Shown one piece after another: positions 1 through 10,137 of a DNA stretch of 64,000 nucleotides (positions are counted from its first letter, which is position 1; each line of letters starts with the position of its first letter). This DNA comes from Cyanidioschyzon merolae (taxonomy: Eukaryota): NCBI GenBank assembly GCA_000091205.1, contig AP006492.2. One strand, written 5' to 3'. Position numbers and translations under genes: made by a program. The notes below the pieces were generated by a model, which searched no databases, was not told the origin of the DNA, and saw nothing but the letters and a program-made list of their open reading frames with translations.

Positions 1-136
1 GACGCCTGCGGCTGGAGGCGGAATGCGGCGACAGTGACTTCCCAGTGCCTGCCGCAAAGCTCACTGCTGCAACGCACCCTGAGAGCGTCCAGCGACCTGG
101 TTACCCAGAACGTTGTGAAGTGAAGGGTAGCTCGAT

Positions 137-3100
137 ATGAATGGTCTCTGTGCTGCACTCATGAAGCCGCCCATGGTTTGGTTCGTGCCGCCTGCTGGAC
201 GGCTTCGGAGAGCGCCCGGCTGGACTCGGGTCGCAGCAAGTGCAACGTCGCACCACCGAAGTGAGCAACTGCAAAGGTGGCGAAGACACCGGCACGACGC
301 TCTAGGCTTGAAAGCGCTGCGTGCCTCTGCAGATGAAACAGCACCAATGCCTTGGGATGCAAGCAAAAGCGGTGTCATTCCGTACCAGAAACCGCCGAAG
401 GAAATTCAAGCGTTGGTGGACGCTGACCTTGATCCCGTCTTAGCCCTGTCGCCAGGAGAAGAGATTCGCTACATATTGGAGCTTAAGCGACCTCCACGCT
501 CTCCTATTCGGAACTTTGCCCTGGAGGAACTGCGACTGGCTGGCATCCGATTCTACCCGGCAACCTACACTCCTGCGCGTATGACGTTCTTCTGTGGAAT
601 CGGTGTTCGCGAGCTGGACGCTCCCGACCGGACGGCATGGTCATTTACTGGACTTGCCTCCGGACAACTCGATATAGGCTACGTCAAGTGGTCACCAGAT
701 GGGGCACAGGTCGCGTTCTGCACCTTTGATCGAGAGCGTGGCTTGGACCTCTGGTTGGCCGACATCGCCACGCGCTCCGCGCGTTGTCTGCTGCAGAGTG
801 GTATCAGCCTCGCACGTGAACTTGGAATAGAGCGTCAACAGACAACAGATATCACGCAACCGGCCTTACCCGAGCGACTCCGACTGAACGGTATCGTTTC
901 CGACCCATTTGCGTGGTGCGGAAACACCGGATACCTCCTGGTGAACCTCGCCGTCTACGACGAGGCACAGGACCAAACGGCGGATCCGCTGAAGACACAA
1001 CGTTGGCAGCAAGCGAAGCGTCCGACAGTTCCCCTCGGACCCACAGTTCAGGTCTATGAAGCGGGTCGAGCTGCACCTGCGCGAACCATTCCGGACCTTC
1101 TTCGCGACGAGTTCGACATGGAGATCTTCGAGCTGTACACCACGACTCAGCTGGCACTTTTGGACACACGTACCGGCCGAATGCACAGCATTGGTGGCGC
1201 TGGCGTCTTTCGATACGCGTCTCCTTCTCCAGATGGCAAATACCTGTTGGTGGAACGAATTGAACGGCCCTATAGTACGAGCGTACCAGCGTCGCGCTTT
1301 CCGCGGACAGTCGAGATCTACGACCTAGTGCACAGGGCTCTTACACGAACTGTTGCCCATATTCCGGCACAGGAGCACGTACCACTCGCGTTTGATGCGA
1401 CGGTAAGCGGTCCCAGAGCGTTTGGCTGGCGCCAAGACGATGTCCAACGTGCAACCCTGGTCTGGGTAGAGGCACAGGATCAGGGCGACCCAGAGCAACA
1501 AGTATCGGTTCGTGACGTCGTCTACTGCCTCCGGGCACCGTTTAGTGACACAGAGGAGCGACCGCGTCCCCTTATTGCCCTAGCAAAGCGCTTTGGTGGC
1601 ATCACATGGGGTGACAATACCACCGCGGTTGTCTCGGAGACGTGGTACAAGTCGCGCTCGATTCGCACATACCTCTTCGAGCCGGCTGCGTCATTGGGAG
1701 GCGAGTCAGCACCATCGATTAGCGAGCCGACGCAGCTGCAGTGCTTGTTCGATATACCCGACTGGGAAGATGCGTATCGCAACCCTGGCAATCTGGTTGT
1801 GAAGGCGACGCCCTCAGGCAAACTCGTCTTACATCTCGTGGGTCCCCGCCGGCGTCAAGTCCTGCTCACTGGCAGTGGGGCATCCGACCAGGGTAATAGG
1901 CCATTTCTCGACCTCCTGGACTTGGACACTCGAGCGCGATGGCGCTTGTGGCAGTCTGCACCACCGTACCTCGAGTACTTTCTGAAGGTTTTGGAGCCAC
2001 GGTCTTCGGAGCGGGTCCCGCGTCGCTTGCTGATCTCGCGAGAGAGCCCAACAGAGCCCTCGAACTGCTACATCATTGAGTGCATGGATCCTGTGCCGTT
2101 ACCGTCTGGCGTGTCTATGGATGCGTGGACGGCACACACGGACCAAGCACTCAGCTCGGATAACGGCCAGCAGGAGTCGCCAGTGGACCAAGCGCAAGGC
2201 AACGGAGACGTGGCCCATGATCATCACCATGCAGTGCGTAGACGCTGGCGGCAGCTGCGGCAAGTCACGTGGTTCCCACACCCGGCACCATCGCTTGCCT
2301 CGGTGCAGCGACAACTGGTACGCTACGAACGCAGCACCGACCAGGTACGATTGAGCGCATCGCTCTATCTCCCGCCAGGCTATGACAAAACCCGCGATGG
2401 GCCGTTGCCGTTCTTTGTGTGGGCGTACCCGCGTGAGTTTCTCTCAGCGGACTCTGCTGGACAGTTGCGGGACTCACCCTACGGTTTTACACACCTGGCG
2501 AGGGTACCACTGTATTGGTTGACCCAGGGATTCGGGATCCTGGAGGGTCCCAGCATGCCCATCATCGGCCCCAGCGGGGAGGATGCGAACGACACCTTTA
2601 TCGAGCAGTTGGTTGCTTCCGCCCGGGCCGCGGTAGCATTTCTGGTGTCGAACGGTTACGCTGATCCACAACGGATCGCTATCGGTGGTCACAGCTATGG
2701 GGCGTTTATGGCAGCGAACCTGTTATGTCATGCCCCGGATCTATTTCGTTGCGGGATCGCGCGCAGCGGTGCCTACAACCGCACACTGACCCCGTTTGGC
2801 TTCCAGAATGAGCAACGAACGCTCTGGCAAGCACGCGATGTTTACGTGCGCATGTCGCCGTACCTGTATGCAAACCAGATCCAAGCCCCGTTGCTCTTGA
2901 TTCACGGCGAGGATGACGATAATCCCGGAACGTATCCACTTCAAAGCGAGCGCTTTTTTCAAGCGCTGAAGGGTCAGGGCAAAATCGCTCGGCTGGTGTT
3001 GTTGCCGCTCGAATCGCATTCCTACCAAGCACGCGAGAGTGTTCTACACGTACTCGCTGAAATGGATGCCTGGTTGAAGCGTTGGTGTGCCCCAGCGGCA

Positions 3101-3250
3101 TCCTCGTACACGTCAATGTCGCCAGCGAGCATACCGACAGAGATGAATACCCACAATACTGCCGCTGCGGATGCCGGTCTGGGGCTTTCGCGCACACCAA
3201 CAGTGCCGACGCATCACGAAGGTGATACCCAAGGCCCCGGGACCTTGTGA
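137..3250 (+). CDS. S9 family serine peptidase (prolyl oligopeptidase / glutamyl endopeptidase-like) with a TolB-like beta-propeller N-domain and a putative N-terminal transit peptide
   Basis: Uninterrupted 1037-aa ORF starting at an ATG. The C-terminal alpha/beta-hydrolase domain carries the GGHSYGAF nucleophile motif (GxSxG), acidic HGEDDDNPG and ESHSY (the S9 catalytic Ser/Asp/His arrangement). The N-terminal half has WSPDG/SPDGKYL propeller-like repeats. The Arg/Ser-rich N-terminus resembles an organellar targeting peptide. Confidence 0.85.
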   Translation: MNGLCAALMKPPMVWFVPPAGRLRRAPGWTRVAASATSHHRSEQLQRWRRHRHDALGLKALRASADETAPMPWDASKSGVIPYQKPPKEIQALVDADLDPVLALSPGEEIRYILELKRPPRSPIRNFALEELRLAGIRFYPATYTPARMTFFCGIGVRELDAPDRTAWSFTGLASGQLDIGYVKWSPDGAQVAFCTFDRERGLDLWLADIATRSARCLLQSGISLARELGIERQQTTDITQPALPERLRLNGIVSDPFAWCGNTGYLLVNLAVYDEAQDQTADPLKTQRWQQAKRPTVPLGPTVQVYEAGRAAPARTIPDLLRDEFDMEIFELYTTTQLALLDTRTGRMHSIGGAGVFRYASPSPDGKYLLVERIERPYSTSVPASRFPRTVEIYDLVHRALTRTVAHIPAQEHVPLAFDATVSGPRAFGWRQDDVQRATLVWVEAQDQGDPEQQVSVRDVVYCLRAPFSDTEERPRPLIALAKRFGGITWGDNTTAVVSETWYKSRSIRTYLFEPAASLGGESAPSISEPTQLQCLFDIPDWEDAYRNPGNLVVKATPSGKLVLHLVGPRRRQVLLTGSGASDQGNRPFLDLLDLDTRARWRLWQSAPPYLEYFLKVLEPRSSERVPRRLLISRESPTEPSNCYIIECMDPVPLPSGVSMDAWTAHTDQALSSDNGQQESPVDQAQGNGDVAHDHHHAVRRRWRQLRQVTWFPHPAPSLASVQRQLVRYERSTDQVRLSASLYLPPGYDKTRDGPLPFFVWAYPREFLSADSAGQLRDSPYGFTHLARVPLYWLTQGFGILEGPSMPIIGPSGEDANDTFIEQLVASARAAVAFLVSNGYADPQRIAIGGHSYGAFMAANLLCHAPDLFRCGIARSGAYNRTLTPFGFQNEQRTLWQARDVYVRMSPYLYANQIQAPLLLIHGEDDDNPGTYPLQSERFFQALKGQGKIARLVLLPLESHSYQARESVLHVLAEMDAWLKRWCAPAASSYTSMSPASIPTEMNTHNTAAADAGLGLSRTPTVPTHHEGDTQGPGTL

Positions 3251-4599
3251 CATGTTCCATACGGTTATTGTTGCCGGTGCAGGTTTTGCCGATGGACTGA
3301 ATGCCGATGTCGAGAAAGCGACACCTAATACGTTTCCTATTTGTGCAACTGCTCTGTTGCGTTGCATTTTCCTGAGTTGATGCCAACCTTCTCTTCGATA
3401 AAACCTGAACTGGATGCGTTTCCTGTTCGTGCAACAGCATTGTTGGATTGCGTTCTTTTTCGTAGATGCGAATGCCCGGGTATCGGCGAACGAGCAACTC
3501 GCATACCTCTATTTCTTTTGTCATTCATGACATTGGATGAAGCGTTGGTAACTCGTCTCGACGCTCGTGCTGCAGAATTTGGAGCGATGCTCGCAGTGCT
3601 TTCCGTAATGAAGCGCTGCTCCAGCGGAAGTGCTCGTTCACTGCATACTGGCAACAATGGTAGTGCATGGTTCGGCAAATGCGTCGTGATCTGGACTCTA
3701 CCAGAATCATGAACCAAAACTAAGTTTCAATCTCTGGGCAAAGTTCGTGTTTAGGAACACTACACTGGACACCCGTCGCGTGCCTGGTACCTTCTCTCGA
3801 ATAGCAGCGAGCACGATCAACGCTCTAAGCAAGTGCCTATCCATGTGAGTGTATTCTTGTCGGTAATTTTCAGAGACTTGGATCTATCCGTGAGCAGGTA
3901 TTCCTTTCTACCAGCTTTCATGATACGCTTTCTACATTCGTGCTGGGCTGAAATGGAAAACTGAACTGCACTCTCTGATAAGAAAAGATTTTTCGAAATT
4001 TTTTTCAAGTGTCCAGCCTCGACATTTCGAGTGCCGCATCACGGGCGTCCGGATTCATAGGTAGGTTTAGGATTCTCCATCGTTTCTGGGCTGTGGCTCC
4101 TTCGACACGTTGCCGCTGGAATTCGGTATGTAACCGGAATCAAGAACATTCGCGACGTAACCAAACCAGAATTTGTAAAGTAACCGATATGATTATCCAA
4201 TACATGGGCACGAGCCTTCACTCTTCTCCTCTGCGTACCGTGGAATGACCTAATCACTCTTTCATCAATGTTTTCATGTTTAGCTCTCAAGAGAACGTGT
4301 GAGCACTGCACCTAGCACCACCGGATTGGTGATGGAAACGATTCGATGTCGTGCCTTGACGACTTGCTCGCAAGTTCATATCAAAAGTTCACTCTGAGCT
4401 TTTCGCGTCAAACCATCGGTCCCGTTTGAACGTCGAATCCCGCTTTCTCTATGGCCATCAGGAAACGAGATGCGACAGCAGCATAGAACCTCTCATGAAA
4501 GTGCTCCAAGAGGCACCCGTCTCTCATGTTTGCATGCTCAAGGGTCACGGGCTAGAGTTATTGCGGCAAACTCGTCGACGAAAGCGTGCGTCACCGTGT

Positions 4600-5040
4600 T
4601 CCACCATGCAAGCGTAGACAGATCCGACGTTCTCGACTTGTCCTCCAGTCTGGCCTCTGCTTCCTTTACGTGTTTCATAATGGGAAACATGGCGTTCCAC
4701 AAAACCTGTATCGAATGGAACAGCTTGCGTTTGCATGTGTACCAGATGAAATACTTGCAGAGGGATCGCCCTGAAGAAGCCGGTGATCCTAAGGTACGGT
4801 ATCGGGTATGGAAACGGAGAATGACGTCGATGGGAGCCTTCTGTGCCCGTCGAGGCCATATACGAGGCAATGAAGCAAGCGTCGTCGCGCACAGAGGGCG
4901 GCCCGAGGATGACGAAGCGTGGAGCACGTAAGAAAACAAGCGAACGCAGCCAAGTATCACAGCTGCGAAGGGCGCACAGACACCGTATACAACGAAGTTG
5001 ATCATGGTAAGCGACGCGTGAGCGCTACTTCTGACTGTCC
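4600..5040 (+). repeat. Copy A of a dispersed repeat family of about 440 bp (unknown element; candidate SINE, solo-LTR-like element or ncRNA family)
   Basis: Hand alignment to 36200-36640 (-), 52560-53060 (-) and 57880-58330 (+) at about 65-70% identity. Shared blocks: TGTTTCATMATGGGNAACATNGCGTTC..TCGAATGGAACAGC; GAAGCCGGTGATCC..CGGTATCGGGT..GGAAACGGAGA; TATACGAGGCAATGAAGCAAGCG; CTGCGAAGGGCGCAC..CCGTATACAACGAAGTTGATCATGG. Confidence 0.6.
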
Positions 5041-5452
5041 GTGACACGCGTCGACATTAGCCGGCAACGACGACATCCGGAGTTGAAAGCTTCCACTAAT
5101 ATCCTTCGTCCGGTGATGGCAGAGCTGGAGGCGCAGCACAGGTCCGCATACTTAAATTCGGAGATCAGAGAGAGGAGACGAAGCTGTCACAGAAAAAGTA
5201 CGCAATGACTTGTCTTGACGACAGTGGAATTCATCTAAAAACTTGAGCAAGTGCCCGGGGTTGAACGTCCCTTTCCATGCTATTCTGACTCGGTCTCTCG
5301 AAAAATGTCGTGCACATATCGTCACCTGATCGCCAGAGTTCGCCTACCGCGGATATTCGCGCTTCTGTTGAACGTTGCTACAAAGCAAACTGTCCCCAAG
5401 CCTAATCTTCTGTGACGGAACTTGTCTCTATATCGAATTTCGCATGTGATAC

Positions 5453-6562
5453 ATGATAGACGATAAGCTTCAAACCGTCCTCGTGGACTTGGCGGCGCGG
5501 TTTCTGCTGAACCTGCCGGCTTCGGAGTTCGAGTCCTTCGAGCGACTCTTCTTCACCGTGGAGGAAGCGCACTGGTTTTACTTAGACTTTTATCGAGACC
5601 ACGACAAAAAGCTTCCGGCACTGTCTCTTCCAGAGTTCGCCTCTGAGCTATTTCAGCAGGTTGACTTTCTTCGACCGTACGTGCAGTACCTGGAGAAACA
5701 CTTTGCCGACTTTCAGGCGTACAAGCGCGAAGTACCAACTGCTGGGGTCATCGCACTTAACCAGCGAATAAGCAAGGTGTTGCTGGTACGTAGTTGGCAG
5801 CGGCAGCACTGGAGCTTTCCCAAAGGCAAAATCGCCAAGGATGAAACGCACCTCCAGTGTGCAATACGTGAGTTCACTGAGGAGACTGGCTTCGATGTAT
5901 CGCACTATGTGCTTGCGGATACCTACATCGACGCCCAGTTGCACGGTCGTCCTTGTCGGTTGTTTATCGCTGTCGGGGTGCCCGAGTCAGCCAAGTTTGA
6001 GCCTCTGGCGCGGAAGGAAGTATCAGAGGTCCGCTGGTTTCCGTTGCTAAAGCTCATACGCCATGTCCATGCCCGCAGTGAACAAGACCTTCAAGCAGAC
6101 TGGCCTGCACCAGCACGCTTTCACGCAGTACGCCCGTTTCTGGCTTGGATAAGAGAACAGTGCAAAAGGCTACGATGCACTTATGGCGTTAAACAAGGAG
6201 CAGGATCCAGTGATTTGGCTACAAGAGCCGCGTGCATACATCCTGGGTCAGTTAGGGACCCCGTGCCTGCACCGGTATCTCTTCCCGTACAGTCACGGAT
6301 ATCCGGTACTGAGCACGGTCACTCGGGGTATGCTGCAGATGCCCAAACGCATGTCAGGATATCGGGAGCATCTGCCCCCTTTTTTACCGCGATGACAACG
6401 ACAACCGTTGGTTCGAGCGATACGCGGTGGACAAGTTCAGCACCCGATACGGAGGTCGCTTGGGATCCACTGGAGCATTTTCAACTAGATCAGCAGCAGC
6501 TACTGGCAATCGTGGACGAAGCCTTTGGGACAGTTCCACGTATCACTGCAGACACACGCTGA
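5453..6562 (+). CDS. DCP2: mRNA-decapping enzyme subunit 2 (Nudix hydrolase with Box A N-domain)
   Basis: 369-aa ORF from an ATG. The N-terminal LVDLAARFLLNLPASEFESFERLFFTVEEAHWFYLDFY matches the Dcp2 Box A domain. A Nudix box GKIAKDETHLQCAIREFTEETGF (GX5EX7REUXEEXGU) follows. The C-terminus is low-complexity. Confidence 0.75.
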   Translation: MIDDKLQTVLVDLAARFLLNLPASEFESFERLFFTVEEAHWFYLDFYRDHDKKLPALSLPEFASELFQQVDFLRPYVQYLEKHFADFQAYKREVPTAGVIALNQRISKVLLVRSWQRQHWSFPKGKIAKDETHLQCAIREFTEETGFDVSHYVLADTYIDAQLHGRPCRLFIAVGVPESAKFEPLARKEVSEVRWFPLLKLIRHVHARSEQDLQADWPAPARFHAVRPFLAWIREQCKRLRCTYGVKQGAGSSDLATRAACIHPGSVRDPVPAPVSLPVQSRISGTEHGHSGYAADAQTHVRISGASAPFFTAMTTTTVGSSDTRWTSSAPDTEVAWDPLEHFQLDQQQLLAIVDEAFGTVPRITADTR

Positions 6563-8348
6563 TGCGCGCAGCGAATGACACTGGGTCCGCGCCTGCCAAA
6601 GCGACAATGGGACTGGCATCGAGACGCCAGACCTGCATGAATCGCTATGATGACGACATGGACGAGAAGTTTTTGCGACTGCAACAGCGACGGCAACGGC
6701 ACGGTGTGGCTCGCGACGCCCCCCTTCGTGTTGATACGGAGCGAAAGACAGAGCACAAGCTTGGCAGGGCTTTGGTTTCCAAAAAAAGAAGCACACCTTT
6801 CCGTTTGATGGGCACCGCTTTTCACCCCAGATCGACGCGAGCGTCAATGAATGTACCCCGTTTGCGGGACAGATAGGTTTGCGGGGGTCTTCTGGCGTTA
6901 GCGTCAGACGTTATTTAGCGACTTGAACTGATTTCCTGGTTGCGCTGTGAGCACACTGCATCCTTTGAGACTCACATTGTTCCGCAGAATCGTTTATCCA
7001 TTGTACCTGCAAAATCCTGCAGAACGAACTATTGGAGTTTGTTTGCGTCCGTGCGCGCACCGTACCGTTTCCGCCGGGGTGCTTGTTGTGGTGTCAAAAG
7101 ACGTGAAAAGCGAGTCCATCGAGCGTTGCCCGTATCGAGAATCACCTTTATGATCAGAGAGGCTCCATCATATACAAGGAACCCGAGTTCCTGATACGAA
7201 CCGCGGCTATGGCAAAATGCTTGATCGCTATGATCGGGATCGAGCAACGCAACGTTTCACTAATGGATCCTCACGTAGACATGGATCCAGCCTTCAAAGA
7301 GAAACCGATGTTCCGGGGTCATCTCAAGCGTCACGTGCAGCGCCTCTTTTTCGGATAATCATTCCGGAGTTCACGCCCTGGCCTGGTGTCCGACGCTATC
7401 CAGACAGCATCGATCGTCGGAGAACGGCATAAAGCGCTCAGCATCATCGGATACTTTCAAAGCACAGCTTGACTATGGACCAGAAGGCTCGTACGCGACA
7501 CCTGCACCTGCATTCAGGGTACACTATTGCCCTGTTCGATGGGCGTTGTGACAATCCGTATCCGTGGCATTCGAGTTGTCGATATAGCAGCGACGGCGAG
7601 AACGAGCATCACTAGCGAGTGGAATCATGATCCCTCAGTGCCGCGCCCGGCTCGCTTCTGGATCAAAGTGCTGCTACGTCGCAATGCGTTCAAGGACAGC
7701 TTCGCTACGCGTCTGGGTTCAGGGTCCAGAAACGTCACGAGACGAGCGCGACAGCATCCGGCACGCTCCAACGGAAAGGCGTTGTTCTGATCGTGCCAAC
7801 ATTCGTACCGCACGCGTGTCATGCGATACGGGACGACCTCGTACCCACCATCATGAGAAAAGGGAACGTTCACGCACCACACACAACTCCAGCTGGAGGT
7901 CCAGAGATGGACCCTGGCATGCGTATTCGTGCATGTTTTCTATCGAGAACACGATTGCAAGCGCTGGTCCAATACTTTCCCCAGATGCAGCGCCTCTGCA
8001 GGAGCCGAGCTCGAATGAGCATTCAAACCGGCTTTCTCTTTCGCTTATATGAAGATGCATACGTGCATATGTTGGCCGAAGAAGCCTAGCCCAGAAGCGT
8101 GCTGTGCATGAGAGCCTCATCATGCTCTATGATCGCTGACTCGCATCCCACGAAAGTGTTCCTTTCGTCGGTGAAGAACTCGCCGTCGCCGCATATGCTC
8201 TTCGTGTAAGCGAGATGGACGCTGCACCTTGTACGACAACCTCTGCTGTTGCTGGCGCAGTTGCAGGTGCCACAACCCCCGGCTATTCAAGCTTAACTCC
8301 TTCAACTTGCAAAGGTGCTCCTTCTATGAAACGACTGGTTTGGTGTCG

Positions 8349-9470
8349 ATGAGCGTAGTGTTCACGTCCACGAGACCGTCGAAGGGAGCAGCCGCACCCG
8401 TCATCGACTCCAGTCTGGGTCTGCGTGCACCGGTGCCGACGGTGGTACCCTTTCGCAAACTACCACGTGCAGCGCTCGCTGGAGGACTTGCTGGAGCTAT
8501 CGTCAACAGTGTGCTGCACCCCATCGATACAATCAAAAGCGTACGTCAGGCAGACACCTGGCGACGAAGCCAAAGTACCTGGTCGGTGTTCTGGCAGCTG
8601 GTTCGCGAGTCAGGACCGGGAGCGCTGTACCGCGGAGTTGTCCCGGCAGTTCTCGGTGCTGCCACCAGTTCCGCGGTGTATTTCGGAACCTACGAGAGTG
8701 TGCGGGCGTTGCTTGTCTGGTATGAACAGCAGCGACACTGCCGAGCCAAAACAGGCTCACAAGCAACGCACTCGGCGAGGGATGCGCACCTGGTTGCTCG
8801 CTCCTTGAGCAAGCGTGGTCTCATCCATATGATTGCTGCTGCCAGCGGCAACGTTGTCTCTTCGTTTATTTTCGTACCCAAGGAAGTGATCAAGCAGCGA
8901 CTCCAAACTGGGCGCGAGAGTACCGTCCGTGAGGTGTTCGCGCATCAGCACCTGCGGGGTCTCTACTGGGGCTACCGAGCAACCCTGCTAAGAAACGTTC
9001 CCAATGCCATGTTGAACTTTGTGCTCTATGAAGAGCTCAAGTTACGAATAGGTCAATTACGGACAGCGGTGCAGCAGTGCATGGGTGGCTCTCGAACCCA
9101 AACGACGCAAACAACGGAAGCGTTCCCCACACTGGATCTGTTGATGGCGGGCTCCTTGGCTGGGGCACTTTCGTCTACACTGACGACACCGTTTGATGTA
9201 CTCAAGACTCGTTTTGGAACAGCGTCTTCATCGGCTGTAGCGTCGCGAAGTCTGATGTCGTTAGCAGCTGAAATCCTTCGGCAAGAGGGCCTCGGCGGAC
9301 TGTTTCGGGGCGTCGGTACCCGAGCGGTCTGGGCTGGAATGTTCAGTGCGATCGGCTTTACAACTTACGAGCGGTGCAAAGACTTGCTCGTTTCGCATGC
9401 GAGCAGCTCGAAACGCAACGCGCACCTGCAGCTTTCAACAGGAAGACGACGACGACAACGGCAACAATAG
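8349..9470 (+). CDS. Mitochondrial carrier family protein (SLC25), substrate unassigned
   Basis: The ORF has three tandem carrier repeats with signature motifs PIDTIKSVRQ, VPKEVIKQRLQ and PFDVLKTRF, and six predicted TM helices. The listed ORF begins at 8229 with TTG; the first in-frame ATG is at 8349 (MSVVF...). The basic C-terminal tail is encoded by trinucleotide repeats. Confidence 0.8.
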   Translation: MSVVFTSTRPSKGAAAPVIDSSLGLRAPVPTVVPFRKLPRAALAGGLAGAIVNSVLHPIDTIKSVRQADTWRRSQSTWSVFWQLVRESGPGALYRGVVPAVLGAATSSAVYFGTYESVRALLVWYEQQRHCRAKTGSQATHSARDAHLVARSLSKRGLIHMIAAASGNVVSSFIFVPKEVIKQRLQTGRESTVREVFAHQHLRGLYWGYRATLLRNVPNAMLNFVLYEELKLRIGQLRTAVQQCMGGSRTQTTQTTEAFPTLDLLMAGSLAGALSSTLTTPFDVLKTRFGTASSSAVASRSLMSLAAEILRQEGLGGLFRGVGTRAVWAGMFSAIGFTTYERCKDLLVSHASSSKRNAHLQLSTGRRRRQRQQ

Positions 9471-9537
9471 CGACGACTGCGGCAGCAGCATCAACATGGT
9501 CGTCAGCAGCAACGCTTACCTGCAGTTTGGTGACGAT

Positions 9538-10137
9538 TCACTCGAACATGCACGCTGAGGGAACGAAGGGCAACTCCTCAAGCACCCGTTTCGTAGACGC
9601 TATATCATGTTTGATTTGGGCAACCAACGCATCTATGGCGACAAACTTGCGCTCTGGTCGCAAATAGGCAAGCAGGACGAGGTGCATCTGAGCACCGTAA
9701 AAATCTTCGGAAAACTCATGTAGTAGATGGGCTTCAATGGAGAGCTCTCGGTTGTCGAAACTCGGTACATACCCGACGTTCACCGCGGCTCTATACCAGT
9801 CGGTGACGCTCTCACCAGGCCATGGTGCACCCTCTGGACGCAACACTGCAGCGTACCCCGCATAGACACCGGGCGTCAACGTTGCCAACACCTCTGCGAC
9901 TTGAGGAGCCCTGGTGTCCAGATTCGCGGTCGGGAACCCCAGTTTCCTTGCACCCCGTCCAAAGCCCCGTATAACAGGTCCCGCAAGGTGCCGTGGACGT
10001 GACAACAGGTTCCACTGGGGCGGTTCCTCTGTGAGCTGCAAAAGTGGCCGCTTTCGACTCGGACGGTAGCGGTTCACTTGACGTTCGGGAGCGCGTTCGT
10101 TTGCACCTGCTCTTGGCTGGGGTATACGGAGAAACAT
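9538..10137 (-). CDS. Riboflavin kinase (flavokinase domain protein) with an N-terminal presequence
   Basis: Contains PVIRGFGRGARKLGFPTANL (the GRGSKxLGxPTAN flavokinase signature) followed by the conserved ...NVGYVPSF...E(A)HLL...DFYG... region. ATG at 10137. Convergent with the carrier gene, 68 bp away. Confidence 0.65.
   Translation of the reverse strand: MFLRIPQPRAGANERAPERQVNRYRPSRKRPLLQLTEEPPQWNLLSRPRHLAGPVIRGFGRGARKLGFPTANLDTRAPQVAEVLATLTPGVYAGYAAVLRPEGAPWPGESVTDWYRAAVNVGYVPSFDNRELSIEAHLLHEFSEDFYGAQMHLVLLAYLRPERKFVAIDALVAQIKHDIASTKRVLEELPFVPSACMFE

Noticed and set aside
2706-3524. Antisense or out-of-frame ORFs inside confident genes, for example 2706-3524 (-) in the S9 peptidase; 24086-24568 (-) and 24734-25042 (-) in MetE; 33405-33773 (-) and 33925-34403 (+) in the PUR-alpha-like gene; 42092-42589 (-) in LCB2; 50653-51550 (-) in the ACF1-like gene
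   Set aside because: These are typical shadow ORFs of GC-rich coding DNA. None carries a recognisable motif, and each overlaps a gene with strong homology-type evidence on the other strand or frame.
4470-5047. I considered the dispersed repeat to be a small protein-coding gene family (ORFs 4470-4931 (+), 36505-36720 (-), 52800-53267 (-), 57669-58301 (+), all sharing CFIMGNxAF..IEWNSVR)
   Set aside because: Amino-acid conservation is confined to the single most conserved nucleotide block. Downstream blocks are conserved in sequence but shifted in frame between copies, and the ORFs stop inside perfectly conserved nucleotides. N- and C-termini are unrelated. I have not fully excluded a family with many pseudogenes; see the first finding.
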